A stretch of DNA of 64,000 bases from Yuukianura sp. NJ FZ-2021. Taxonomy: Eukaryota. Location of the stretch: the NCBI GenBank assembly GCA_046563655.1, contig CM102290.1, positions 14,756,001 through 14,820,000 on the forward strand, read 5' to 3'. The position numbers and the translations under genes are program-made. Shown here piece after piece: positions 13,901 to 24,100 of this stretch (its first letter is position 1; every line of letters starts with the position of its first letter). The notes beneath the pieces are model-generated. The model was not told where the DNA came from. It saw only the letters and a list, made by a program, of their open reading frames with translations, and did not search any database.

Positions 13901-15726
13901 ACTTTCTATGTCCTTGTATTATTATTTGTTGATATATTTATAAATATATATATTATAATATGGGTCCATGCCAATACATCGAAAAAAACACATCGAAACG
14001 AAAGACATCGACACAAAAGACATCGACACGAAAGACATCGACAATAGAAACACATCGACAATGAAACACATCGACAAAAAAGACATCGACCAAAAAGACA
14101 TCGACAATAGAAACACATCGACACAAAAGACATCGACAATGAAAACACATTGACACAAGGGACATAATCCGTATAATTAAATAAGCAAGGAAGTTTACGT
14201 AACCTAAGTGAAAAAAACACTAGTAAAATTTTGAAAAGTCCACCTAAGCCAGACCTAACAAGTGACCCTACCGACGTAATCACTATGGCGTGCTTTACCA
14301 AACCTAACGCCGCGCCTTCGGCGCGGTACCGCAAGCTAAGCTAGCCATACGTCATCAGTATTGCCAGACATATTTTTTTTTCAAAATTTGAAGAAGAATA
14401 CGCAATTTCATTTCCTGGTATAAAAAATAAAATTTCTGTCGATGTCTTTTCTGTCGATGTGTTTCGTTGTCGACGTATTTCTATTGTCGATGTCTTTTTG
14501 GTCGATGTCTTTTTTGTCGATGTGTTTCATTGTCGATGTATTTCTATTGTCGATGTCTTCTGGGTCGATGTCTTTCGTGTCGATGTCTTTTGTGTCGATG
14601 TCTTTTTTTCGATGTAATGGCGTGCTTCGTTATAATATATTTTTAGCAAAGGTCATCTTTTCAGCGTTACAAAAGTATGCTGCAGTTTTAAACTTTAAAA
14701 ATGGTTGAAAGTGACTTGACCCCAAAAGTTGTTTGTTCTAGCATGTTTTTCTTAGGATTAGATTAGAAACTAACAAGCCATTAATTTCAAAAAAAGTTTA
14801 AAAAACATGTCGTTAAGTTCAAAATTTTGAAAGTGAGGAGCTCGTGTGTTGGGGTGACGAATATGGAGAGATTGGAGTGTTATCATCCTGGAATGACCTC
14901 AGGGTGTCAGTAGATACTGCAGAGAGTATATGACGAAGTGGACACCCATGGCCACTCCCTATGTCCACTAGGTGACATCATGGACCACGGACATGAATGG
15001 ACCAACTTCAGTCCAAATCTTAGTAAATTTGCGCATGTCGCACTTTTTTTCCCCCGTTTCCTAAAAAAATGAGCGTGTCAAAGGTGATGATTTGGAGGAA
15101 AGTGATCAAAAGGCTTTTGAAATTTTTCCTTCGTAGTTTCCACAGAAAAAAAGAGTCTGTCGAAGGATATTGACTTGACCTCTGCGCAGGTCAAAGTCCA
15201 AAGTCTAACTTAACCAAAACTAACCCAGTTTAATTAACAATTAACTTAACTAATTAATCAACAATCTTAGTTAAAGCAGTGCTAAGGAAAATTTTAAATA
15301 CGAAAAAGCTTGTCTTTATCCCTAGCAACAATTTGGAAGCAAAAGTTGAACCGAAGTTCAACTGAACTTGAGATGAGTAAATTAAAAATATAAAAACAAA
15401 AGTTACAAAATTTAAAAAATTTCTTTAAAAAAATTTAAAATGGCGACCTTAGTGGATCCTTAATCCATAATCCATATGGAACATATTAAGCATTTGATGC
15501 ACTTCCACAATGTCTGGAATTTTGGAACTTTCACCGAAACACAAGGGGGGGGGGGGTATTCGGAGGAGGAGCTAAGAAGGGGGGGGGGTTGAGGGGTACG
15601 GGGGGTTGCTTTACCTGGAGATACGCTGGGCAGAACAAGCAAAATGGCGGCCAAGATTGGCCATTGCCAACGTTTTCGAAGTGGGCTAAATCCACTCGCT
15701 GTTTTGTCGGGAGCGAGTTGATCCAT
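1925..15726 (-). CDS. Large lipid transfer protein (apolipophorin/apoLTP-like) with an N-terminal Ig V-set domain; 3' partial. Exons: 15615-15726, 13417-13567, 13140-13345, 12982-13056, 12732-12892, 12011-12599, 11548-11951, 10655-11153, 9909-10584, 8629-9623, 7374-8419, 6236-6856, 4735-6027, 3388-4364, 2656-3328, 1925-2578
   Basis: 16 GT-AG exons with consistent phases total 9132 nt (3044 codons, no stop). LLT/vitellogenin-N motifs: PLRFSFQNGKV...NVKRGILSVLQN, ERDVHGNC, LKAIGNAG, EVRIGAYL, NQVGSFVWTHL, FSRNFE, SFVPRSL, YIVPTGAGLPL. Furin-type RTKR at ~10187-10198. Long amphipathic beta-strand region follows. The last donor at 1924 shows the gene continues left of the window. Confidence 0.88.
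4495..4688. mobile_element. hAT-like MITE in an LLTP intron
   Basis: TIRs CAGAGATGTCAAAAATAT / ATATGTTTGACATCCCTG. 8-bp TSD ATAATTGG / ATAATTAG (7/8). Confidence 0.75.
6935..7320. repeat. Degenerate intronic repeat (ATAGGTGGTCGGAAAA) in both orientations
   Basis: The motif repeats, with a palindromic junction AGGTGGTCGGAAAA-C-TTTTCCGACCACCT at ~6976-7004. Confidence 0.8.
9768..9902. repeat. Short tandem repeat (AATCCGGAT...TTTTTAATCAGAA), ~3 copies
   Basis: Visible repeated units in an LLTP intron. Confidence 0.75.
11162..11530. repeat. GAAATTATA/GGAAATTAT 9-mer low-complexity repeats with an inverted block
   Basis: Forward copies at 11162-11345 and reverse copies at 11450-11510. Confidence 0.65.
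13967..14624. mobile_element. Foldback/MITE-like element with long inverted arms of CATCGAC repeats
   Basis: Left arm 13967-14160 (ACATCGAC units) and right arm 14435-14624 (GTCGATGT units). Ends CATGCCAATACATCGAAAAAAA / TTTTTTTCGATGTAATGGCGTG. Core has AACCTAA motifs and a GC hairpin CCGCGCC-TTC-GGCGCGG. Confidence 0.75.
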
Positions 15727-18700
15727 GTTTAAAAAAGTTTTTAGAACAAGCACAATTTAAAAAAAAACTTATTGTTTTAAATATTTTCAAAAAACAAGTT
15801 TCCAAAAGTTAAAAAAGAGTGGAAGAAAAGTGGAAGATGATCTGGAGCCTATTTATAACATTGGTCACCCCCAGTTTGTTGGGGTGGCAAGTGGACTTTG
15901 ACTCCGCAGCGACGCTGAACGCTGGAAGGACCTGGAAGCGACTCTGACTCGTTCAAGCGCCAACTTTAACTTGGCTCTAGCCCCTCTCACATCAGTTAAG
16001 GATTTAAGTTGTGCACCAATTAATTGATTCATCATTTCTTGACCTTTGCTGAGTCTCAAAAACAAAGCAACTTTTTAATTTTTTAAACTTTGGCTTATTG
16101 AAAGGTACTCTCACTCTCAATGTTTTAAACTCTAGTCTTGAAATCCCTGACCTTTGACCTCTGCACCAACGCAGTCCTGAATTCCAAGGAGACCCAGTTT
16201 CCAGGAAATCTAGATCTAAACTTGCACTTTTTTTAAAAAATCCTAAAGTTGCAAATTCAGAGGAACAGTAAATCCCTTTGTTCAATTTAAAAACAACTTT
16301 TTCATTTTTAAGTCACCAAAATTTAAAAAAACAACAAAGTTTAATAAATGTTATTCATAAGCACGAGTCTGCAGATTCACTAATTATTTACTTATGCATT
16401 AAGTGAATAATTAATTATAATAATAATATAATATATATAATAATAACAATCATTAAATTTCACAGAGATTCGTTTAAAAAAAAATATTTGTTTTACTATT
16501 GGTTTAAAAAGTTATTGGTTTAAACATTTTGGCGTTTGGAAATTTGGCGTCAAAGAAGAGGCGGGAGAAATTCAAAATAACCGGAACCTTTTCTCACTAA
16601 AAAAAAAAGCAGGATTAAAAAAGTGAAAGTGGGACAGTCATTTCCATTTGTGTCGTTCATTTCGTTGTGACCTCGACTGTCCACTAGGTCAACACGTCGA
16701 TTGATTGTCCAGGACGTCCCGTGTCAACTACTGTCACTGTCACACTGTCCATATTCGGGTGAGTCGGGACAGGATTTGATAAAAAACGATTTAGAAACGA
16801 TAAGCATCAGCTGTTTTGTGGTCCGCTGGAATCTTGACCTTTGACATCCATCGAGCGACATCACACTGCATTGTAGTACTTAAACGAAGGTAAGTTAACG
16901 TTAATGTAACTGTAAGTATCAAAAAATACTGGAAGTATCATGGTTTCCTTCATTTTGTGACATGGTGTGTATCTGAACGTTTATTGTTCTTTTTCAGGTG
17001 ACACGGTGACAACTGGACATTGTCCAGCGGACAACAACGATTCAAACACTCAACTTTGGTATTTCAAATCACAATTTGCACACGAATTGCACCAATTGAT
17101 AAACATAAACGTTTGTTGAACGTTTCCTTTGTTTCTGTGTCTTTTCTAGAAACCTCAAGAATCTAAAAAAAAAATTGTGCGCTACAGAAGTGTCACTCTC
17201 AATCAATCAACTTGTCCAGCACGTTTTTAAGAAGTAACTCCGGTGGTGCTGCTGAATTGACCTGTGAAGACTCTAATTTGACCAAAACTAGACACCATGT
17301 CTACGGAAAATGGTAATGTCTTTGTTTCCTGTTGTTACACAAGTGATAAGTTAGGACTAATCTAATCTCCATTTGTTTCCAAACATGTAAATTGTTACAC
17401 GAGCCAAAAGTCAAGCCTAACCTATAATAAGTTTTAAGCATTTTGAGTTCCTGGAAGCTTGACCTTGGTCAAATCTTCGGTGTGACGTTACCTTGGACCA
17501 TAATCGGGTCAATCGTTCCTTCAACGTTTTTTTTTTTTTTTTGTTTGAGGAGTGAAAGTGATTCGGGGGATTTGTTGACACAAGAAATTAGAAATGGAAA
17601 CTTCATTGTTTCGGTGTGAAAGTGCTATAACTTTCGGATGATTTTGAATTGTTATAGTATTTGAATGCACTATGGACCATTAAAATGTGAGTTAATTGTC
17701 AATTAACTTTTATTGTTTTACTATCAGGACGCCTACCGACTTATGGTTCAGTTGACACTCGGACTGGAAAGAAGGAGGTTTAAAACTTTGTACAGAATCT
17801 CCTTTTTACACAAGTTGAAGCACTGACTCTGCAATACCAAAAAGATCATCTTCTACGACTCTAAAAGCATGTAAGAGATTTAAAAACTAAAATTTTTCAA
17901 ATTTAAAAACATTTTTAGTACGTTGAGTTCAAAATGTTATGATTTTATGCTATGTTTCACCGTAAATTGCACATTTCCGTTGTGGAAATGATGCATTTTA
18001 GAAAGCACTTGGGAAAATTTTTTGAAGAGTCGAGTGAGTAATGGTCTCAATTGAGTTCATCATTTCAAAAGTCAAACAAAGGTCAAAAGTCATGTTCTAG
18101 AAACATTTTGCAACATTGCAATTTTTAAGAAAACTACAAAGTAGGATGAACGTGATAAAATGTTAGGGTAATGCAAAACTTTTAGCGAAATGTTAAATTT
18201 TAACAGTGTAAGCAAAGAAATACAATGGGAAAGGGACGGAAGTGAGGTCAAAGGTCACCGTTTCCTTTACACTTCCCTCCTGCTGAAGCTGAGTTATAGT
18301 ATAACTTTTAAAGAAAAATTTTTGAAAACTTTTTGAAACGAAAATTTTTCAAAATTCCGAAATCATCCAAGTAGATTTGAGAATCATGGCCTTCAGCCAA
18401 TCAGAATCGACCTTTTGGAGTTCACGTACTTTTTAAAAAATTTTGTTTTGACTGCATTCAAACTTGTTTTTTTCTCGATTTTATGGAAGTTTTTTTTATG
18501 AAGGTTGATGCGAGGTTGCTTCATGTGAATTTTTGAGTAGAATTGGACAATCTGTGATGGAAAACCTGTTTGTGAGGATAAAATTTCAAATGGGGGCGGG
18601 GTGAACAATTTAACTTGGAGGGGGGAGGGGGAGACGGAAAATGAGAAAAGATAATCAACGCAATCTTTTTTTGGTTTTTGAGAATGTTTTCAAGGTAGAA

Positions 18701-19832
18701 GGAACCGTGGAAATTGTTATAAAAAAAAGTTAATCGGCATAAAAATTATGATTGTAGTTTTTGTAATGCACTTCACTTGCTCCCTTTACTTGCTTTTGCG
18801 TAATTTGGAAAAATAGGCTATAAAATCATTACATTTTGACTGCACATACAAAAATGACGCAAAACTTTTTTTTTTTTGAAAATGAGGAAGCATGTTCCTA
18901 AACATACAAGATTCCTGAGAAATTGTAAATTACAGTTTCTGTTTTCATTTTTGAGAATTTGGCGGGGAATTCCTGAGGTAGCTTGAACGTAACTATTTTG
19001 TAGTTTTTTTTTCTTGGTTTCTGTGAGTCTTTTCCAAACTTTTCCCAATTTTGAAAAATAACCTTGTCATTTTTTGTTTCAAATCCTTCAAATCAACACA
19101 AGTTTTTGTTTTTCATGTTTTTAGAGTGTCCTCCACTTCCTAATTTTGAAATTTTTAATTTTATTTCACCAGGGAACAACTATCCCTATTTTCCTTTTTT
19201 TTATTGGAAACAAAAGTGAAAGCGCACGTTGTACAAAATTTTAGTTTTTTTTTCTCGAAATTTGATGCCGGTGGGATTTTGAAAAATTGCAACACTCGTT
19301 TCATCTCTGTTTTTTTCTCTTTTCTGATTTTTTTGTGACCTTGTGCCCTGGTTTCCTGAGAAGTACATTAGGTTTATGCTGAGGTCAAATAAAGTGTTGA
19401 GTGATTGATGAGAGGCCGGATGTAGAGAAAAAGCACTTTTGAAAATGTTAAAAGTGCTTGGTGGGAAAAATCATAAAAGTTGAAACTCATTTTTTAGGGT
19501 TTCGTTTTTTTCGTAAATAGTATTTCCCAAATTTCGAATTTTCCCGTTCCACGTCATCCTTGCTGATGATCCTAACTTTTTTTGTGTTCCTTGTGAGAAA
19601 GTGAATTTGTTAGCATGTTTTGACTGGATAGACGAAGTAGTAAGGTGGATATTGTTTAGTATAGAGATGATGATGCCAATGGGAATCCAGGAGAGAGGTG
19701 TCAGGTTGTGGATCCGCCTCAGGCGAGCCACTTTTACATTCCCACCACTCGAGGTGATCAAATATTATAAAGGAACTGGCCACAATCAAATTCAAAATCA
19801 GTGATTCCACCAGTGTGCAACTGGACTCATAC

Positions 19833-19871
19833 TCATCATCATCATCATCATCATTTTGATCATCATCATCA
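19833..19871. repeat. (TCA)n microsatellite
   Basis: Visible run. It gives the spurious poly-Asp ORF. Confidence 0.85.
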
Positions 19872-20016
19872 ATCCTCTTTTGAGCTTTCTTCAAATTTTG
19901 AATATCTTCATCTGCACATTTTGAATCTTTACACTGCCAGAAGCCAGAATTTGTTGTCTCCGTCTGTGAAAAGTTAATTTTTGAAATTTTGACTTTTGAA
20001 ACTTAGAATTTTGAAA

Positions 20017-22001
20017 ATGAGTTGTGGAAATGCTGGACCGTGGCCAGAGGATGTTGGACTGCTGGGGATCGAGCTGTACTTTCCGTCGCAGTATGTTGAC
20101 CAAACTGAACTGGAAGTATTTGATGGCGTTTCGGCGGGAAAGTACACCGTTGGCCTTGGACAGGACAAAATGGGCTTCTGTTCAGACCGGGAAGACATCA
20201 ACTCACTCTGTCTCACTGTCGTCAAAAAACTACTCGAGAAACATAACATTGGTAACTTTTCAAAATTTTGAATTTGAAAAACCTCATTTTTGAAAATTGA
20301 CGATTTGTAATTTTGGTGGACATTTTTAGGGTATGAGCGAATTGGTCGCCTGGAAGTTGGGACAGAGACGATTCTGGACAAGTCCAAAAGTGTCAAAAGT
20401 GTGCTGATGCAACTGTTTGCAGACTCGGGCAACACTGACATCGAGGGAGTCGACTCAACAAATGCTTGCTACGGCGGAACTGCTGCTCTCTTCAATTCCA
20501 TTTCATGGATTGAGTCCAGTGCTTGGGACGGTAAGAAATCTAGCAACTTAAAAAAGTTTTTTCAAAATTTTGGAAATTTTTGACTAATTTTGGAAATGAC
20601 TAATTTGAAATTTTAGGAAGACTTGCGTTGGTGGTTGCTGGAGACATTGCGGTCTATGCTAGTGGAAATGCGAGGCCGACGGGTGGTGCTGGAGCAGTTG
20701 CGATGCTGATTGGTCCCCACGCTCCCCTCGTAGTAGAACGAGGTAAGAAATCTCAAAACCAAAAAATTTACCGTATTTCCACGCCTATAAAACGGCTTCG
20801 CGTTTAACAAGTACTCAGAAAACAGAAATTCTCAAAAATACTCCAATGGAGACAAAAACCTAAAGTTTAAAAGTTAAAAACATACTTTTTTTTGTCAGGT
20901 TTCCTAACTTTCTAAGTATATTTCTCTGTTCCAAGTTTTTTCTTCTGAATTTTTCATATAAAAGGTGGCTTATAAGCGAGGAAATACGGTAGTTAAAAAA
21001 AATTGACAAAAAAAATTTGAAGTCAATCAGGAAAAGTCATGGGAATTTCAAAATGTTGGGAAATTTTGACTAACGAGTTTTTTTTTGTGATTCCAGGTCT
21101 GCGCGCTACACATTCTGTCCATGTCTATGATTTTTACAAACCGGATATGGAAAGTGAGTATCCGCGTGTGGACGGGAAACTGTCTATCCAGTGCTACCTT
21201 TCATCGCTGGACAAATGCTTCCAGCGATACCGCCAAAAAGCTGAAAAGAAAAGTTCAGAGAAAGTGACTTTGAATTCATTTGATGCCGTCGTGTTCCACT
21301 CACCCTACTGCAAGTTAGTCCAAAAGTCACTTGCTCGACTTGTTCTCAACGATGTTGTTGCCATGACGCCCGCCGAAATTTCCAAAACGTATCCAGGCCT
21401 GGAGGGACTCCGGGAAACGAACTTAGAAGAGTCGTACTTTGACCGTGATGTTGAAAAAGCACTGCTCACTGGATCGCAGAAGCTGTTTGATGCCAAGACA
21501 CGCCCTTCGCTGCATGTTGCTAACCAAGTTGGCAACATGTATACTCCGTCAGTCTACGGTGGATTGGTGTCCTATTTGATCAGTAAATCCGAGGAGGAGT
21601 TGGTGGGAAAACGGATTTGTTTGTTTTCTTATGGATCTGGCTCAATCGCTTCCATGTACTCCATTCGGGTGAAGTCGGAGAATCGCTCGGCTCTCAAAAA
21701 ATTGTTGTCGGGAATTTCGGATACAGAAACGAGACTTTTAGCGAGGAAAAAAGTAGATCCAGCAGCATTCTCGAAGACGATGCAGTTGCGACAGGACGAG
21801 CATCACTCTGGTAATTGAAAATTATTAATTATGTTTTGATGATGGAAGTTAATTGAGTTTTGACTGACGTTTGTAGCTCCGTATCGTCCGGTGGGCAGTG
21901 TGGCTGATCTGTTTGGTGGGACGTACTACGTGGACAGCATTGATGACATGCACCGTCGAAAGTACTTGAGAGCTGGTGACGCCGTCAATGGCCAGAAATG
22001 A
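20017..22001 (+). CDS. HMGCS1: Hydroxymethylglutaryl-CoA synthase (cytosolic type), ~466 aa. Exons 20017-20251, 20330-20530, 20617-20742, 21097-21810, 21877-22001
   Basis: WPEDVG...[18 protein letters not shown], catalytic [44 protein letters not shown]. Phase-consistent GT-AG introns. Confidence 0.97.
20771..20989. mobile_element. Tc1/mariner(pogo)-type MITE in HMGCS intron 3
   Basis: TA-flanked TIRs CCGTATTTCCACGCCTATAA / TTATAAGCGAGGAAATACGG. Confidence 0.85.
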
Positions 22002-22354
22002 GACAACTATTTTTGTAACTAGTTTCCTAAGAAATACTTCAAAGACTTCATCATCATCACAGTTTTAGAGAGAACTTGAGAGTAACATTAACCTAATCAT
22101 ATGGTGGTGGAATCAATAACTTTAAAGTTGACATGGAACATAGCTTTAGTAGTTAAATGTCAAGGTAAACCCATTCCGTTGTTATTACTTGTCATTGACC
22201 TTACTAGTTAGACCAAAGAAGGAATAAATTACTCCACAAAAGCCAGTCTGCTTTGCTCCTTTACTAAATAAAAACGAAATGCTCAATTAATTAGAAGTTT
22301 AGTAAGAAAAGAGGATTTAAGAAGAGTTAATTAATTAAGGGTGATCAGCTGGAC

Positions 22355-23162
22355 TTAGTGCTTGCGACGCTGCTTGGGCTTCTTGAGGAAGGCCCAGTCG
22401 ACGGTAATGTTGGCTCCCAGAAGTTCTGTTCCGTTGAGAGCAGTCTTGGCTGCCTGTGCCTCCTTGAACGTCTCGTACTCAATCAAAGCATAGCCCTAGA
22501 ATCACAATTAATCAATTACTGATTACTTGTAGAAGAATCGGTTACTTGAGCAATCGATTAGTTTGATGTTATGGGTTTTGGAATCGTACCTTGAGGAATC
22601 CAGTTCGTCTGTCCAAGTTCAAGTGTAAGTTCTTGACTTCCCCGAATTCAATAAACTTGCTTTGAATGTCATCCTAGAATATAAAGTAATCGAGTTAGAT
22701 CTTCGTTCAGTTCGAAGTGTCCATGTTGTAGTGACATTGACATTCTTCTCATAGTAACAGTATGACCGGTGACGATCGTAAAACGATTGTATGACATTGA
22801 TTACCTCGTGTGACTCTTCATGCAGTCCAGTACAAATCAGAATGTATCCCTCGACGGACCGCTGTGCCTCAGAATCCGGAAAATCATCTTTTGCTGCCGG
22901 GATGGACTCAAAGCCTTCGAATCTTCGTTCTCGGTCGTTCCCAAGGGCAAATCCTCGTCCTTTCCTAGTCGTTGCTTTGGATTTGACATTTGTGATGCTC
23001 ACTACATGATTAATCAAAGAGATTCGTTAGTCGATTGACGATAAGATTGGATTACTTTTAGTGAATGAGTAAAACCGGTACAGGATACTTACTTTCTCCT
23101 TCTCCGTCGTCAATTGCCATTGCTTCGTCCTGTTGGACATCGAGGTCAAGGATGTCTGCCAT
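22355..23162 (-). CDS. RBM8A: RNA-binding protein 8A (Y14/tsunagi), exon junction complex, ~163 aa. Exons 23093-23162, 22805-23001, 22590-22673, 22355-22495
   Basis: [59 protein letters not shown]. Confidence 0.96.
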
Positions 23163-24100
23163 TTTAGTTGTATGGGAATTAAACTTGGTCAATTAACAAA
23201 ACTTAATTAACAATTAACTTAATCGTAACAATCAATCGCTTCCTGTCTCTTGTGAATCAAAAAGATCAAGATCTTCTTGCCGTGTTTTTCTTTTTGTGTG
23301 CGTCTCTCTGCAATTTTTGCTCGGTTTGAATTTGGCGGTATCTTTTTCCTTTACTTTTGAGACGAACTGCCGCGACTATAAATTCTTAGAACAACAGTGA
23401 ATTCTTAGAACAATAGTGTTTTAATTGTAATTATAAATTGATAATATATATTATTATAATTATAACCAAATAAAAAATATTTATATAAATAAGAATGCAT
23501 TAAAATGTGTTTAAATATTTTGTGCTTATAGACCGTAGCAACAAAATGTAAGTTTAAAAAAATCATACAACGTGATACGTGAGGCCCCGAAAAATTATGT
23601 TGTTTTTTTTTTCCGAAATAGCAAAGTAGCAACTTATTTTTGCAAAGTTTAGCAAAGGCCGTTTTTCTCATTAATTCCTCGTTTTGTGTGAGGTTGAGTA
23701 AATCATTTGTCATTGTGAGAGACAAGGAGAATGTAGGTGTGCAGAGCTTAGCGTCTGACACCCCACAAACTAATAATTGAGTCGTTGGAGGATTTGAATG
23801 TTGGCGGCTAAACCTCACCCAAGATTAGCCTTAACATTGGGCGCCCTTATTTGAAAAAAACATATTTTTTGAAAATAAGCGCCCTTGTTCCAAGATACAA
23901 TGAACCATAAACCTGTCCAATTTCAGTTGACAGCTTCATAACCCCGATGACTCAAACTGACCAAAAATGAGTCCATTTTTACCTGGACAGTGGACATTCT
24001 TCTATTGTTCTCGTGTCAGTTGAGTTGTACCACCCAAGACACTTCCCTAGGTCAAAGGTCAACAATTTGTGAAAAAGAACAAAGGAGCGAGGAGTTGGGC

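Noticed and set aside
13906..14708. Cys/Met-rich ORFs on both strands
   Set aside because: They are products of CATCGAC repeat arms.
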